Positions 10,909 through 20,779 of a DNA stretch of 64,000 bases are shown piece by piece. How positions within the stretch are numbered: position 1 is the first letter of the stretch; the number at the start of each line of letters is the position of its first letter. The notes below the pieces were generated by a model, which saw only the letters and a list, made by a program, of their open reading frames with translations, ran no database searches and was not told where the DNA came from. Origin of the DNA: Acidimicrobiia bacterium (GTDB lineage: Bacteria; Actinomycetota; Acidimicrobiia; Spongiisociales; ZC4RG35); assembly GCA_026002975.1 (NCBI GenBank), contig BPGJ01000009.1:48105-112104 (forward strand), read 5' to 3'. The position numbers and the translations under genes were made by a program.

Positions 10909-11943
10909 ATGACGACGAAACAGGCCACCGGTGGCTATCTGGCCGTGATCAAAGTGGTCGGGGTCGGCGGTGCGGGAGTGAACGCCGTCAACCGGATGAT
11001 CGAAGCCGGGGTGAGGGGCGTCGAGTTCATCGCGTTGAACACCGACGCCCAGGCCCTCCTGATGTCGGACGCGGACGTCAAGCTCGACATCGGCCGGGAC
11101 GTGACCCGGGGGCTCGGGGCGGGAGCCAACCCGGAGATCGGGCGAGCCGCCGCCGAGGCGCATCGGCAGGAGCTCGAGGAGGTGCTCAAGGGCGCCGACA
11201 TGGTGTTCATCACCGCCGGGGAGGGCGGCGGCACCGGCACCGGCGGGGCACCCGTGGTGGCGGAGGTGTCCCGGAGCCTGGGTGCGTTGACGGTGGGAGT
11301 GGTGACCCGTCCGTTCGGTTTCGAGGGCAGGAGGAGAGCCCTCCACGCCGAGGAGGGGATCCAAGCCCTCAGGGAGGCGGTCGACACCCTGATCGTGATC
11401 CCCAACGACCGGCTCCTCGAGGTGGGGGACCCCAAGGCGCCGATAAGCGAAACCTTCCGCCTGGCCGACGAGGTGCTGATGAGCGGGGTGGCGGGCATCA
11501 CCGACATCATCACCACCCCGGGATTGATCAACGTCGACTTCGCGGACGTGAAGACCATCATGTCCGACGCCGGCTCGGCGGTGATGGGTATCGGCCGGGC
11601 CTCGGGCGAGGAGCGGGCCACACAGGCGGCCCAGAAGGCGATCTCCAGCCCCATGCTCGAGACCTCGATGGAGGGCGCCAAGGGTGTCCTCATCTCGGTG
11701 GCCGGACCGTCCTCGATGTCCCTCCACGAGGCGACCACCGCCGCCAAGGTGGTGGCCGACCACGCCGACGAGGACGCGGAGATAATCTTCGGGGCCATCG
11801 TCGACGACGATCTGGGAGAGGAGATGCGGGTGACCGTGATAGCCGCCGGATTCGATCGTCGGCCCGGGCGCCCTCCTCGACGGCCGGTGGCTTCGTCGGC
11901 AGACGACGACCTGGAGATCCCCAACTTCGTCCAGCCCCGGTGA
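10909..11943 (+). CDS. ftsZ: Cell division GTPase FtsZ
   Basis: 344 aa. Tubulin signature GGGTGTG. C-terminal conserved peptide DDLEIPNFV. Confidence 0.95.
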   Translation: MTTKQATGGYLAVIKVVGVGGAGVNAVNRMIEAGVRGVEFIALNTDAQALLMSDADVKLDIGRDVTRGLGAGANPEIGRAAAEAHRQELEEVLKGADMVFITAGEGGGTGTGGAPVVAEVSRSLGALTVGVVTRPFGFEGRRRALHAEEGIQALREAVDTLIVIPNDRLLEVGDPKAPISETFRLADEVLMSGVAGITDIITTPGLINVDFADVKTIMSDAGSAVMGIGRASGEERATQAAQKAISSPMLETSMEGAKGVLISVAGPSSMSLHEATTAAKVVADHADEDAEIIFGAIVDDDLGEEMRVTVIAAGFDRRPGRPPRRPVASSADDDLEIPNFVQPR

Positions 11944-12560
11944 TCAACCCGGCGCAGGGAGTGGCGTTCACCGAGGCGTCGGACGGTGACATGAGGTCCG
12001 ACCCCGAGGCGGTGCGTCGAGTGTCGAGCCGGCTCGGGGTCGCCTCCGACTGGGCGAGGGTCGCCCAGGAACACGGTCGGAAGGTGGTGGCGGTCGGCTC
12101 TCCCGGTCACCACGGTCCGGCCGACGGGATGGCCACCCGCCTCCCCGGACTGCCGCTGGCCGTGCTCACCGCCGACTGTCTGGGGGTGGTGATCCGCGGC
12201 ACCGCCGGGGTGGCCGTCGCCCACGCCGGGTGGCGGGGGTTGGCGGCCGGGATCCTGGAGCGAACCGTCGACCTGCTCCAGCGTCTGGGCGGCGACCCCT
12301 ACGAGGCGTGGGTGGGCCCACACATCGGACCCTGCTGCTTCGAGGTGGGGCCGGAGGTCGCCGACCTGTTCCCCGACCACACCGCCGTCGTGTCGGATAG
12401 GACCACCGTGGACCTGCTCGGCGTCGCCCGCACCCGGCTGGGACTGCCGCTCCGAGCGGTCGGGTCGTGCACCCGCTGCGGCGAAGACACGTTCTCTCAC
12501 CGGGCGACCGGTACCCGCCGGCGGATGGCGGCCATCGGGTGGTGGACCGAGGAAGGATGA
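11940..12560 (+). CDS. pgeF: PgeF/YfiH family (laccase-domain) protein
   Basis: GTGA overlap with the ftsZ stop. Motifs TADCLGV, HAGWRG, CCFEVG. Conserved position downstream of ftsZ. Confidence 0.8.
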   Translation: MINPAQGVAFTEASDGDMRSDPEAVRRVSSRLGVASDWARVAQEHGRKVVAVGSPGHHGPADGMATRLPGLPLAVLTADCLGVVIRGTAGVAVAHAGWRGLAAGILERTVDLLQRLGGDPYEAWVGPHIGPCCFEVGPEVADLFPDHTAVVSDRTTVDLLGVARTRLGLPLRAVGSCTRCGEDTFSHRATGTRRRMAAIGWWTEEG

Positions 12561-13207
12561 TGGGTCTCGACGACGTGGCGAGCCGCATCGTCCAGGCCTG
12601 CGTCCGGAGTGGACGGGACCCGGGGGAGGTCTCTCTGGTCGTGGTGACCAAGGGCCGGACCGTGGACGAGATCGCCGAGCTGTACCGCCTTGGCCACCGT
12701 GTGTTCGGTGAGAACCGAGCCCAGGAGCTGGCCGACAAACACGGTCGGCTCCCCCGGGACGTGGAGTGGCACTTCGTCGGGCCGCTCCAGACCAACAAGG
12801 TCCGCCTGGTCCGTCCGGTGGTGCGGCTCCTCCACTCTCTCGACAGGCGATCTCTGGCCGAGGCCTGGATGAAGGGGCCGGGAAAGCCCCCACCGGCTCT
12901 CCTGCAGGTGAACGTGGGCCGGGAACCCCAGAAACACGGGGTCGATCCAGCCGACGTCGACCGGGTGTGCGACGAGTTCCTCGCCCTGGGTGTGCCATTG
13001 GTCGGGGTGATGGCCATCCCGCCGATCCCCGAAAACCCGGAGGCTTCCAGGCCGTACTTCCGGCGGTTGCGCGAGATCCGGGATCGACTCCGGCGGGTTC
13101 ATCCCCAGATCCGCGAACTGTCGATGGGGATGAGCGACGACTTCGAGGTGGCGGTCGAGGAAGGTGCGACCATCGTCCGGGTGGGTCGGGCTATCTTTGA
13201 GCCCTGA
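12557..13207 (+). CDS. yggS: YggS/YlmE family pyridoxal-phosphate homeostasis protein
   Basis: VVVTKGR (PLP lysine), HFVGPLQTNK, MGMSDDFEVA. Confidence 0.85.
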   Translation: MMGLDDVASRIVQACVRSGRDPGEVSLVVVTKGRTVDEIAELYRLGHRVFGENRAQELADKHGRLPRDVEWHFVGPLQTNKVRLVRPVVRLLHSLDRRSLAEAWMKGPGKPPPALLQVNVGREPQKHGVDPADVDRVCDEFLALGVPLVGVMAIPPIPENPEASRPYFRRLREIRDRLRRVHPQIRELSMGMSDDFEVAVEEGATIVRVGRAIFEP

Positions 13208-13225
13208 GCCGGCCAGGACGGAGAC

Positions 13226-13729
13226 ATGGCATCACTGTTGGAGAAGGCACTCGTCTACCTCGGCTTGGTCGACGAGAGCGAAGCAGAGGAGGAGATCGAA
13301 CCGCAGTCGGCCCCGCCGACACGGTCGACAGGCGACGTGGTGAGACCCATCCAGGGTCGTCGGGTCGAACCGCCAGCCTCGGCTTCTCGTACCGCATCCC
13401 GACCGGTCGGAGGGATGGTGGCCGGCGTGCGGCCCGTGGAGGGAGCTTCCGCCCAAGCCGACATCCTGGTGGTGGAGGAGTTCGCCGACGCCCGGCTCCT
13501 GGCCGACCGGATACGGGATCGGATCCCCGTGGTCCTGGACTTCCGGAGGACGTCGAAGGAACTGACCCGCCGGGTGGTCGACTTCTCCTCCGGTTTGATC
13601 TACGGGCTGAACGGCTCGATGACCAAGGTGGGGGAGGGTCTGGTGCTGGTGCTTCCGGCCAACATGAGTCTCAGCCAGGAAGAGAAGCGACGCCTGGCCT
13701 CGTTGGGCGCCTACGAGCTGGACGACTGA
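13226..13729 (+). CDS. sepF: Cell division protein SepF
   Basis: 167 aa. N-terminal MASLLEKALVYLGL amphipathic helix. C-terminal SepF domain (PVVLDF...RRVVDFSSGLIYGL). Confidence 0.85.
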   Translation: MASLLEKALVYLGLVDESEAEEEIEPQSAPPTRSTGDVVRPIQGRRVEPPASASRTASRPVGGMVAGVRPVEGASAQADILVVEEFADARLLADRIRDRIPVVLDFRRTSKELTRRVVDFSSGLIYGLNGSMTKVGEGLVLVLPANMSLSQEEKRRLASLGAYELDD

Positions 13730-13735
13730 GCGGAC

Positions 13736-13993
13736 GTGCGAGAAGTCGTCTGTCTGGCCCTCGACATCTATCGACTCGCGGTCTTCGCCTGGATAATTCT
13801 CTCCTGGGTGAGGATCTCCTCCACCCACCCGTTGGGCCGTGTGGTGGTCTTCCTCGACCGGATCATGTACCCGGTGATCCTTCCCCTGCGGCGGATCATT
13901 CCCCCCGTCAGGTTGGGGGGTGCCATGCTGGATCTGTCGCCCGTGGCGCTCCTGCTGGGTGTGAGCATCGTCCGTGGACTGGTGTGTCGGTGA
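13736..13993 (+). CDS. YggT family membrane protein
   Basis: 85-aa two-TM ORF in the conserved sepF-yggT-divIVA position. GTG start. Confidence 0.7.
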   Translation: MREVVCLALDIYRLAVFAWIILSWVRISSTHPLGRVVVFLDRIMYPVILPLRRIIPPVRLGGAMLDLSPVALLLGVSIVRGLVCR

Positions 13994-14070
13994 TGCTTGG
14001 TCGCGGCTGCCCGGGGCCGTATCCTGCGGTGCGACCGACCCGGCCAACCTAGAGATCTCGAGGTCGAAGA

Positions 14071-14760
14071 ATGGTGCTGACCCCGATCGACGTACAACAG
14101 AAGACTTTCGGCACTTCCCTGCGGGGGTACGACCTCGACGAGGTCGACGACTTCCTCGACGAGGTGGTGACCTCCCTGAAGGACTACGAACAGCGTCTGG
14201 CCGAGGCCAACAAACGGATCGAAGAGTTGGAGGCCCGACTCGCCGAGAGGGGCGACGCCGAGTCGTCCATCGCCCGGGCCCTCATAGTCGCCCAGCGATC
14301 GGCCGACGAGATACTCGACAACGCTCGGCGGGAGGCCGAGGAGATCGTCGAGCAGGCCCGCCGCGAAGCAGCCGCGGTCGAGGAGGAACGGGAGGCGGAG
14401 CGGCGTCGCCTGGCCGCCGAGGCAGACCGGATCCGCCGTCTGACCGAAGAGCTGAGACGCCGGGTGGCGGAGCTGGCCCAGGCCATGTCCTCCCAGCTCG
14501 ACGAGGTCGACCAGGCGGTGTCCGAGGCTCTAGCCGAAGTCGGAGACACCGCGGGGACCGTCGAGGAGGTGCCGGTCGAAGAGGTCCCGGCGGAAGATGC
14601 GGCGGTCGAAGAGGTAGACGTCCAAGAGGTGACGGTCGACCAGGCCGATGACGAGCCGGGAGACAGCACCGGGGATGTCTCCCCGTCCGGGGACGATCAG
14701 GAGGACGACGCCGACCGGGATTCTCTGGAGAGGGTGCCCCGACCCTGGGAGGAAGCCTGA
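14071..14760 (+). CDS. divIVA: DivIVA/Wag31 polar scaffold protein
   Basis: N-terminus MVLTPIDVQQKTFGTSLRGYDLDEVDDFLDEV, then coiled-coil, then an acidic E/D/V-rich tail. Confidence 0.9.
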   Translation: MVLTPIDVQQKTFGTSLRGYDLDEVDDFLDEVVTSLKDYEQRLAEANKRIEELEARLAERGDAESSIARALIVAQRSADEILDNARREAEEIVEQARREAAAVEEEREAERRRLAAEADRIRRLTEELRRRVAELAQAMSSQLDEVDQAVSEALAEVGDTAGTVEEVPVEEVPAEDAAVEEVDVQEVTVDQADDEPGDSTGDVSPSGDDQEDDADRDSLERVPRPWEEA

Positions 14761-14767
14761 CCGGCCG

Positions 14768-17700
14768 TCAGCCGGCCTCGACCACCCTCAGATACAAGGG
14801 TCGTCCGTCCACTTCCTGAGCCTGGGAGTCGGCTCCGTCCAACTCCCGGAGATCCACGGCCAGAACCTCGCCGGCGATCATGTCCCGGTGACGTCGCATC
14901 GCCTCGGCCATCTCGGCGTCGGGGGTCCACCACTCCAAGACGATACGGTCGGTCACCTCCAGATCGGCCTCCCTGCGTAGCTGCTGGACCCGGCTCACCA
15001 CCTCCCGGGCCAGTCCCTCCAACCTCAGGTCGAGGTCGAGGTCGGTGTCGATGGATACGGCCACCTCACCCTCGGCCAACACCTCTCGGCCTTCCGCCAC
15101 CCACTCGACCAGCACGTCGTCGGGTTCCATACGCTCTCCCGCCACCGTCACCGGTTCGCCCGCGAGCAGACTCTCCAGGTCGGCGGAGGAGATCGAGGCG
15201 ATCTCCCGGGCCACCTCCTTGACCTTCGGGCCGAGCCGGGGGCCGAGCCGCGCGTAGTTCGGCTTGGCGACCAGCCGCACCTGCTCCCCCCCGGGCTGCA
15301 CCGTCACCGTCTTGGTGTTGAGCTCTTCGGCCACCACCTCGGCGTGGGTCCGTACCGCCTCGGCCACGTCCTCGGAATGGGTGAACACCACCACCTCGGC
15401 CAGCGGCTGGCGCACCTTTATCCCGTGGCGCTTGCGGAGGGCATGTCCGAGCGTGCACACCGTGCGGACCACCTGCATCGACTTCTCCAGGTCCGAGTAG
15501 ATCAGCCGTCGATCGGCCACCGGGAAGTCGCAGTGATGCACCGACCGGGGCGCCGACGGATCCAGCCGGGCGACCAGCTCCTGGTAGATGTGCTCGGAGA
15601 TGAACGGCAAGACCGGAGCCAACACCTTGACGAAGGTGGTGAGCACCTCGTACAGGGTGGCGAAAGCCGACAGCTTGTCGCGGTCTTCTCCCTGCTCCCG
15701 ATGGGCCCAGAACCGGCGCCGTGAACGCCGCACGTACCAGTTGGTCAGGTCGTCGATGAATCCCAGGGTGGGGGGAACCACGTTGTACAGGTAGTACCCC
15801 TCCATCTGGGTGTTGACCTCGTCGATCAAAGTCTGCAAGACCGACAGGATCCACCTGTCCAGTTCGGGTCGTTCCGACGGGTCGGGAGCAGCCGCCAGAT
15901 CGGCGATCGTGATCCGGTCGGCTTCGGCGTAGGTGGTGAAGAACGAGTAGGTGTTCCAGAGGGGCAGGATCACCGTCCTCACCACGTCCCTCACCCCCTC
16001 CTGGGAGAAACGCAGCGGTTCGGCCCGCAGCACCGGCGAGTTGATCAGGAACGCCCGGAGGGCGTCGGCCCCGAACTGGCCCAGGATCTCGTAGGGATCC
16101 GGGTAGTTCTTGAGACTCTTCGACATCTTGCGTCCGTCCTCGGCGAGGATCAGGCCGTTGACGACGCAGTTGAGGAAAGCCGGCGAGTCGAACAGGGCGG
16201 TCGCCAACACGTGGAGGGTGTAGAACCATCCACGGGTCTGGTCGAGCCCCTCGGCGATGAACCGGGCCGGGAACGAGCGTTCGAACCTCTCCCGGTTCTC
16301 GAAGGGATAGTGGACCTGCCCGTACGGCATCGACCCCGACTCGAACCAGACGTCGAGCACCTCGGGAACCCGGCGCATCTCCCCACCGCATTGGGGACAC
16401 GGAAACACGATCCGGTCCACCACGTGCTTGTGCAGGTCGTCGGGCCGCACCCCCGACAGTCGCTCCAGCTCGTCGAGTGAGCCGACGCAGAGCTGATGGG
16501 CGCAGGATCGACACTCCCACACCGGTATGCAGGACCCCCAGAACCGGTTGCGGCTCACCGCCCAGTCCCGGGCCTCCTCCAGCCAGTTGCCGAAACGACG
16601 GGTCCCCACGTACTCGGGCACCCAGTGGATGCGACGGTTGTGTTCGACCATCCGGTCCTTCAGCGCCTCCACCTTCACGAACCAGGTGGGGATCGCCTTG
16701 TAGATCAGCGGGGTGTCGGTTCGGTAGCAGAACGGGTACTGGTGTCGAATCCGTCCTTTTCGGAACAGCAGCCCCTCTTTCTCGAGGATGTCGATCAGCA
16801 CCGGGTCGGCTTCCTTGATGTTCATACCGGCCACCGGGGGCACCTGGTCGGTGAACCGGCCCTCTGCGTCGACCGGGTCGACCAGCAGGTCGAGCCCGAC
16901 CTTCTGGAAGGTCTCGAAGTCCTCCTCGCCGTAGGCGGGGGCCATGTGGACCAGTCCGGTGCCTTCGTCGGTGACCACCGCGTCCGAGGGAACCACCCGG
17001 AAGGCGCCGGCGCTGCGAAGGTCCTCGAAGAAGGGGAACGGCGGTCGGTAGGCCGCGCCGACCATCTCCGACCCCGAGACCCGGGCTCCCACCGTCGGTT
17101 CCTCCGCCCAATAGGCTTCGACCCGTCCGGCGGCGATCCAGTGGCGACCTCGGTCGGTCTCCACCGCCACGTAGTCGATGTCGGGCCCCACCGCCACCGC
17201 CAGGTTTCCGGGCAGGGTCCAGGGGGTGGTCGTCCAGATCAGCAGCCAGTCACCGGGCTCGACCGGGCCGGCCCCTTCCGTCACCTGGAGTCGAACCGTT
17301 ATCGACGGGTCGTCGACCGTGCGGTATCCGCCCAGGTTGACCTCGAAGTTGGACAGCGGCGTCGATGCGCCCCACGAATAGGGCAGCACCTTGAAATCCC
17401 GGTAGATCAACCCCAGGTCCCAGAGGCGACGGAACACCCACCAAACACTCTCCATGAACGTGAGGTCGAGGGTTTTGTAGTCGTTGTCGAAGTCGACCCA
17501 GCGTCCGATCCGTCGGGTCAGGTTCCGCCAGTTCTCCGTGTTGGCCTGCACTTGGGCCCGGCAGGCCTCGATGAATCGATCCACCCCGTACTGGAGGATC
17601 TCGCTGGGACCGGAGATACCCAGGGCTTTCTGGACCTCCATCTCGACCGGAAGCCCATGGGTGTCCCACCCGAACCGGCGCTCCACTCGATACCCCCGCA

Positions 17701-17935
17701 TGGTCCAGTAGCGGGGAACGACGTCCTTGATGACGCCGGCCAGCAGGTTGCCGTAATGGGGGCTCCCGGTGGGGAACGGGGGACCGTCGTAGAACACGTA
17801 CTCCCGGTCCTCGGGTCGCATCCGCACCGACTCCTCGAAGGCCTGGATCCGGTCCCACAACTCGAGAATGTCCTCCTCCATTCGGGGGATGTCGACCCGG
17901 GGAGGAACCCGGCGGAAGTCGGAGGCGTCACCCAT
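14768..17935 (-). CDS. ileS: Isoleucyl-tRNA synthetase
   Basis: 1055 aa. HIGH-type motif (PHYGNLLAG), KMSKS, CP1 editing region. Confidence 0.95.
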   Translation of the reverse strand: MGDASDFRRVPPRVDIPRMEEDILELWDRIQAFEESVRMRPEDREYVFYDGPPFPTGSPHYGNLLAGVIKDVVPRYWTMRGYRVERRFGWDTHGLPVEMEVQKALGISGPSEILQYGVDRFIEACRAQVQANTENWRNLTRRIGRWVDFDNDYKTLDLTFMESVWWVFRRLWDLGLIYRDFKVLPYSWGASTPLSNFEVNLGGYRTVDDPSITVRLQVTEGAGPVEPGDWLLIWTTTPWTLPGNLAVAVGPDIDYVAVETDRGRHWIAAGRVEAYWAEEPTVGARVSGSEMVGAAYRPPFPFFEDLRSAGAFRVVPSDAVVTDEGTGLVHMAPAYGEEDFETFQKVGLDLLVDPVDAEGRFTDQVPPVAGMNIKEADPVLIDILEKEGLLFRKGRIRHQYPFCYRTDTPLIYKAIPTWFVKVEALKDRMVEHNRRIHWVPEYVGTRRFGNWLEEARDWAVSRNRFWGSCIPVWECRSCAHQLCVGSLDELERLSGVRPDDLHKHVVDRIVFPCPQCGGEMRRVPEVLDVWFESGSMPYGQVHYPFENRERFERSFPARFIAEGLDQTRGWFYTLHVLATALFDSPAFLNCVVNGLILAEDGRKMSKSLKNYPDPYEILGQFGADALRAFLINSPVLRAEPLRFSQEGVRDVVRTVILPLWNTYSFFTTYAEADRITIADLAAAPDPSERPELDRWILSVLQTLIDEVNTQMEGYYLYNVVPPTLGFIDDLTNWYVRRSRRRFWAHREQGEDRDKLSAFATLYEVLTTFVKVLAPVLPFISEHIYQELVARLDPSAPRSVHHCDFPVADRRLIYSDLEKSMQVVRTVCTLGHALRKRHGIKVRQPLAEVVVFTHSEDVAEAVRTHAEVVAEELNTKTVTVQPGGEQVRLVAKPNYARLGPRLGPKVKEVAREIASISSADLESLLAGEPVTVAGERMEPDDVLVEWVAEGREVLAEGEVAVSIDTDLDLDLRLEGLAREVVSRVQQLRREADLEVTDRIVLEWWTPDAEMAEAMRRHRDMIAGEVLAVDLRELDGADSQAQEVDGRPLYLRVVEAG

Positions 17936-18028
17936 GGTCGCCGCATGCTAACTACCGAGGATCCGGCCAACGGCCGGGTTCCAGTCGACGCGTCCTGGTA
18001 CTGTTCCCCCACCTCGAGAAGACCAGTC

Positions 18029-18400
18029 ATGGCCAGGACCCTCGCGAAGTCGACCCTCAAACGTCTGAGAGCCCTGCTCGAATCCGAACAGGAGCGCCTG
18101 TCGCGCATGATCGAGGAGTACGAACAGGAGCTGGAGGAGGCCCGCCTCACGGAGACTTCGTCCGACCGCAGCCCCGATCCGGGCAGCGCCGAGGCCGGTT
18201 CGCTCAAGTTCGAATACGAGAAGGAGCTCTCGTTGGAACGCAACGCGGTGGACCTGTTACGCAAGGTGGAGGATGCGTTGCGCCGCATCGACAACGGAAC
18301 CTACGGGGTGTGCGAGGTGTGCGGAGGGCCCATCCCGGTGGCGCGCCTCGAGGTCCTTCCCTACGCCGCCACCTGCGTGAACTGCGCCCGCAAGGCGTGA
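18029..18400 (+). CDS. DksA/TraR-family C4 zinc-finger protein
   Basis: 123 aa. Coiled-coil N-terminus and C-terminal CEVCGGPI...CVNC zinc finger. The rest of ORF 16496..18400 is antisense to ileS. Confidence 0.75.
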   Translation: MARTLAKSTLKRLRALLESEQERLSRMIEEYEQELEEARLTETSSDRSPDPGSAEAGSLKFEYEKELSLERNAVDLLRKVEDALRRIDNGTYGVCEVCGGPIPVARLEVLPYAATCVNCARKA

Positions 18401-18870
18401 GAGCCAGGCTGGCGGCCGCCGCCGCGGTGATCGGTGTGACCGTCGCCGCCGACCTGCTCACCAAGCGGTGGGCTGCCCGGTCTTTCCGGGACGCGCCGGC
18501 GGTGGTGGTCGACCCGTTCCTTCGCTTCACCTTCGTCGAGAACCCGGGTTCGGCCTTCAGCCTGTTCCAAGGAGCGGGCACCCTCCTGGCTCTCGCCGCG
18601 TTCGTGGCCCTGGGGATGATCGCCGGGGCGCTGCGCCGAGCGCGGGGAATGGGCGAAGTGGTGGGGTTCGCCCTGATCGGTGGGGGGGCGCTGGGAAACC
18701 TGATCGACCGTATCGCCCGCGGTCCGGGACTGCTCGACGGCACGGTGATCGACTGGATCCAGGTCCCCAACTTCCCCGTGTTCAACCTGGCCGACTCGGC
18801 CATCACCGTGGGGGTGGGCCTGCTGTTGATCACGGCCTGGAGGCAGAGTGACCGTCCTGATACCGGCTGA
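18397..18870 (+). CDS. lspA: Lipoprotein signal peptidase (signal peptidase II)
   Basis: GTGA overlap with the upstream gene. Motifs ENPGSAFS and FNLADSAI (catalytic Asp). Four TM segments. Confidence 0.85.
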   Translation: MRARLAAAAAVIGVTVAADLLTKRWAARSFRDAPAVVVDPFLRFTFVENPGSAFSLFQGAGTLLALAAFVALGMIAGALRRARGMGEVVGFALIGGGALGNLIDRIARGPGLLDGTVIDWIQVPNFPVFNLADSAITVGVGLLLITAWRQSDRPDTG

Positions 18871-19738
18871 GCTGGAAGGAACACGGGCCGACAAGGCGGT
18901 CGCGGTTCTGGCCGGAGTGTCCCGCAGCCGGGCGAGGCGCTGGATCGAGGATGGGCGGGTCAGGGTGGATGGGCAGCGGGTCGCGCCATCCGACGCGGTG
19001 GCCGCCGGTTCACGAGTCGAGTTCCCCGACCCGGCCGACGACGAGTTGGCGCCGGAACCGGTCGACTTCGACGTGGTGTACGAGGACGACCAGCTGCTGG
19101 TCGTCGATAAGCCGCCGGGTCTGGTGGTCCATCCGGGGGCTGGTCGCACCTCCGGAACCCTGGCCGCCGGGCTGCTCCACCGCTACCCCGAGCTGGAGGG
19201 TGTGGGGGAGCCGGGCCGATGGGGGATCGTCCACCGGTTGGACAAGGACACCTCGGGGCTGCTGGTGGTGGCCCGCACCGCCGACGCGTTCGGGACGCTT
19301 CGTCGAGACCTCCGGGCCAGGAGGATCCGGCGGCGCTACCTGGCCCTGGTGACCGGCACGATGCCGGCTCGGCGGGGAACCATCGACGCGCCCTTGGGTC
19401 GGGATCCGTCCCGCCCCACCCGGCGGGCGGTGGTACCCGATGGGAAGCCGGCGGTCACCCACTACCGGGTCGTGGAGGAGTGGCCCGACGTCAGCCTGCT
19501 CGAAGTGGAGCTGGAGACGGGCCGCACCCACCAGATCCGGGTCCATCTGGCCGCGATCGGTCATCCCCTGGTGGGCGACACCGTCTACGGCCGTCCCGGT
19601 CCCACGAGGATCTTCCTCCACGCGTCGGGTATCGAGCTGCCCCACCCGGCCGACCGGCGACCGCTCACCTTCGAGTCGCCCCTACCAGCCGACCTCCGGT
19701 CGGTGCTTCACGCGAAGAACCAGGACGCCAACCGGTAA
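18848..19738 (+). CDS. rluD: RluA-family 23S rRNA pseudouridine synthase (RluD-like)
   Basis: S4-like N-terminus and catalytic HRLDKDTSGLLVVA motif. Confidence 0.85.
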   Translation: MTVLIPAELEGTRADKAVAVLAGVSRSRARRWIEDGRVRVDGQRVAPSDAVAAGSRVEFPDPADDELAPEPVDFDVVYEDDQLLVVDKPPGLVVHPGAGRTSGTLAAGLLHRYPELEGVGEPGRWGIVHRLDKDTSGLLVVARTADAFGTLRRDLRARRIRRRYLALVTGTMPARRGTIDAPLGRDPSRPTRRAVVPDGKPAVTHYRVVEEWPDVSLLEVELETGRTHQIRVHLAAIGHPLVGDTVYGRPGPTRIFLHASGIELPHPADRRPLTFESPLPADLRSVLHAKNQDANR

Positions 19739-20724
19739 CGCGAAGGGGGCAGCCCCCGCGGCTCCTCCCGGACCACGTCCAGGTCCACCGCCACCACCTC
19801 GTCGCCTCGGAGAGCGGTCATGGTTCCCGTCCGACCCTCCAACGCCAGCTCCGCGGCCAGGACACCCATCCGGGTGGCGAGCACCCGGTCGTAGGCGGTG
19901 GGGGAGCCCCCTCTCTGGAGGTGACCCAACACCGACACCCGCACCTCGTAGCCGGTCAGCTCCTCCAGCCGGGGAGCGAGGGCGTGGGCCACACCGCCTA
20001 GGCGGGCGAACCCCAACGAGTCCTCCCCGGCGACCACCGGTCGACCGTCGGGTCCGGGCACACCCTCGGCCACCACCACTATCGAATACGGCCGCCCGGA
20101 CCGATGCCGGCGCCTGATCGAGTCCGCCAGCTCCTCCAGGTCGTAGGGAACCTCGGGCACCAACACCGCTTCGGCCCCGCCCGCGATACCCGAGTAGGCG
20201 GCGATCCATCCCGTGGTGCGACCCATCACCTCGACCAGCATCACCCGGTTGTGGGCTTCGGCGGTGGTGGTGAGACGGTCGATGGCGTCGGTCACCACCT
20301 GAACCGCGGTGTCGAACCCGAACGAGGTGTCGGTTCCGGGGACGTCGTTGTCGATCGTCTTGGGGACCCCCACCACCGGGAGGCCCTCGGTGGCGAGACG
20401 GGCCGCGGTCCGCAGGCTGCCGTCACCTCCCACCACGACCAGGGCGTCGAGACGGTCCGCCGCCGGGCGGAGGGTCTCCAACCCGGAGCCGTGGAGGTAG
20501 GGATCCATCCGGGACGTCCCCAAGATGGTTCCCCCACGGCCGATCAGGCCCCGAACGTCGTCGCGGGTCAGGGGGACCAGATCCCCCTCCGCCAGGCCAC
20601 GCCACCCGTTGCGAACACCCCAGATGCGGGCGCCCGCGGCCGAGGCTCTCACCACCACGGCCCGGATCACGGCGTTGAGACCCGGACAGTCCCCACCACA
20701 GGTCACCACGCCGATCTCGGTCAT
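19708..20724 (-). CDS. pfkA: 6-phosphofructokinase, ATP-type by motif
   Basis: 338 aa. CGGDCPGLNA, GGDGS, PKTIDND. GGDGS rather than GGDD suggests ATP dependence (inference). Confidence 0.85.
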   Translation of the reverse strand: MTEIGVVTCGGDCPGLNAVIRAVVVRASAAGARIWGVRNGWRGLAEGDLVPLTRDDVRGLIGRGGTILGTSRMDPYLHGSGLETLRPAADRLDALVVVGGDGSLRTAARLATEGLPVVGVPKTIDNDVPGTDTSFGFDTAVQVVTDAIDRLTTTAEAHNRVMLVEVMGRTTGWIAAYSGIAGGAEAVLVPEVPYDLEELADSIRRRHRSGRPYSIVVVAEGVPGPDGRPVVAGEDSLGFARLGGVAHALAPRLEELTGYEVRVSVLGHLQRGGSPTAYDRVLATRMGVLAAELALEGRTGTMTALRGDEVVAVDLDVVREEPRGLPPSRYRLASWFFA

Positions 20725-20779
20725 CGCCGGGAGAGCCTATCTGGCCCGATCACCCCGAGGCCGTTACGGTGGCATCCGC

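Noticed and set aside
10935-12998. 687-aa minus-strand ORF. Similar long ORFs are 22549..24834 (-), 31877..34492 (-), 15066..17111 (-), 1325..2224 (-) and 59037..60623 (-).
   Set aside because: All are antisense or out of frame to genes with clear motifs (ftsZ/pgeF, dnaE, MATE/MFS, ileS, ftsI/murE, kinase). Their translations are low-complexity R/P/G/H-rich. This is typical of spurious ORFs in high-GC or A-depleted sequence.
17936-18028. Possible T-box leader upstream of ileS, as is common in Actinomycetota
   Set aside because: Only 93 nt separate ileS from the divergent zinc-finger gene. I could not find the conserved T-box sequence (AGGGUGGNACCGCG); the closest is GGUGGGGGAACAGUACC. The AUC in CCGGAUCCUCGG lies 3' of that, which is the wrong order. 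The hairpin CCGGCC-AAC-GGCCGG (17963-17977) is real but unassigned. A covariance-model scan with the T-box model would settle it.
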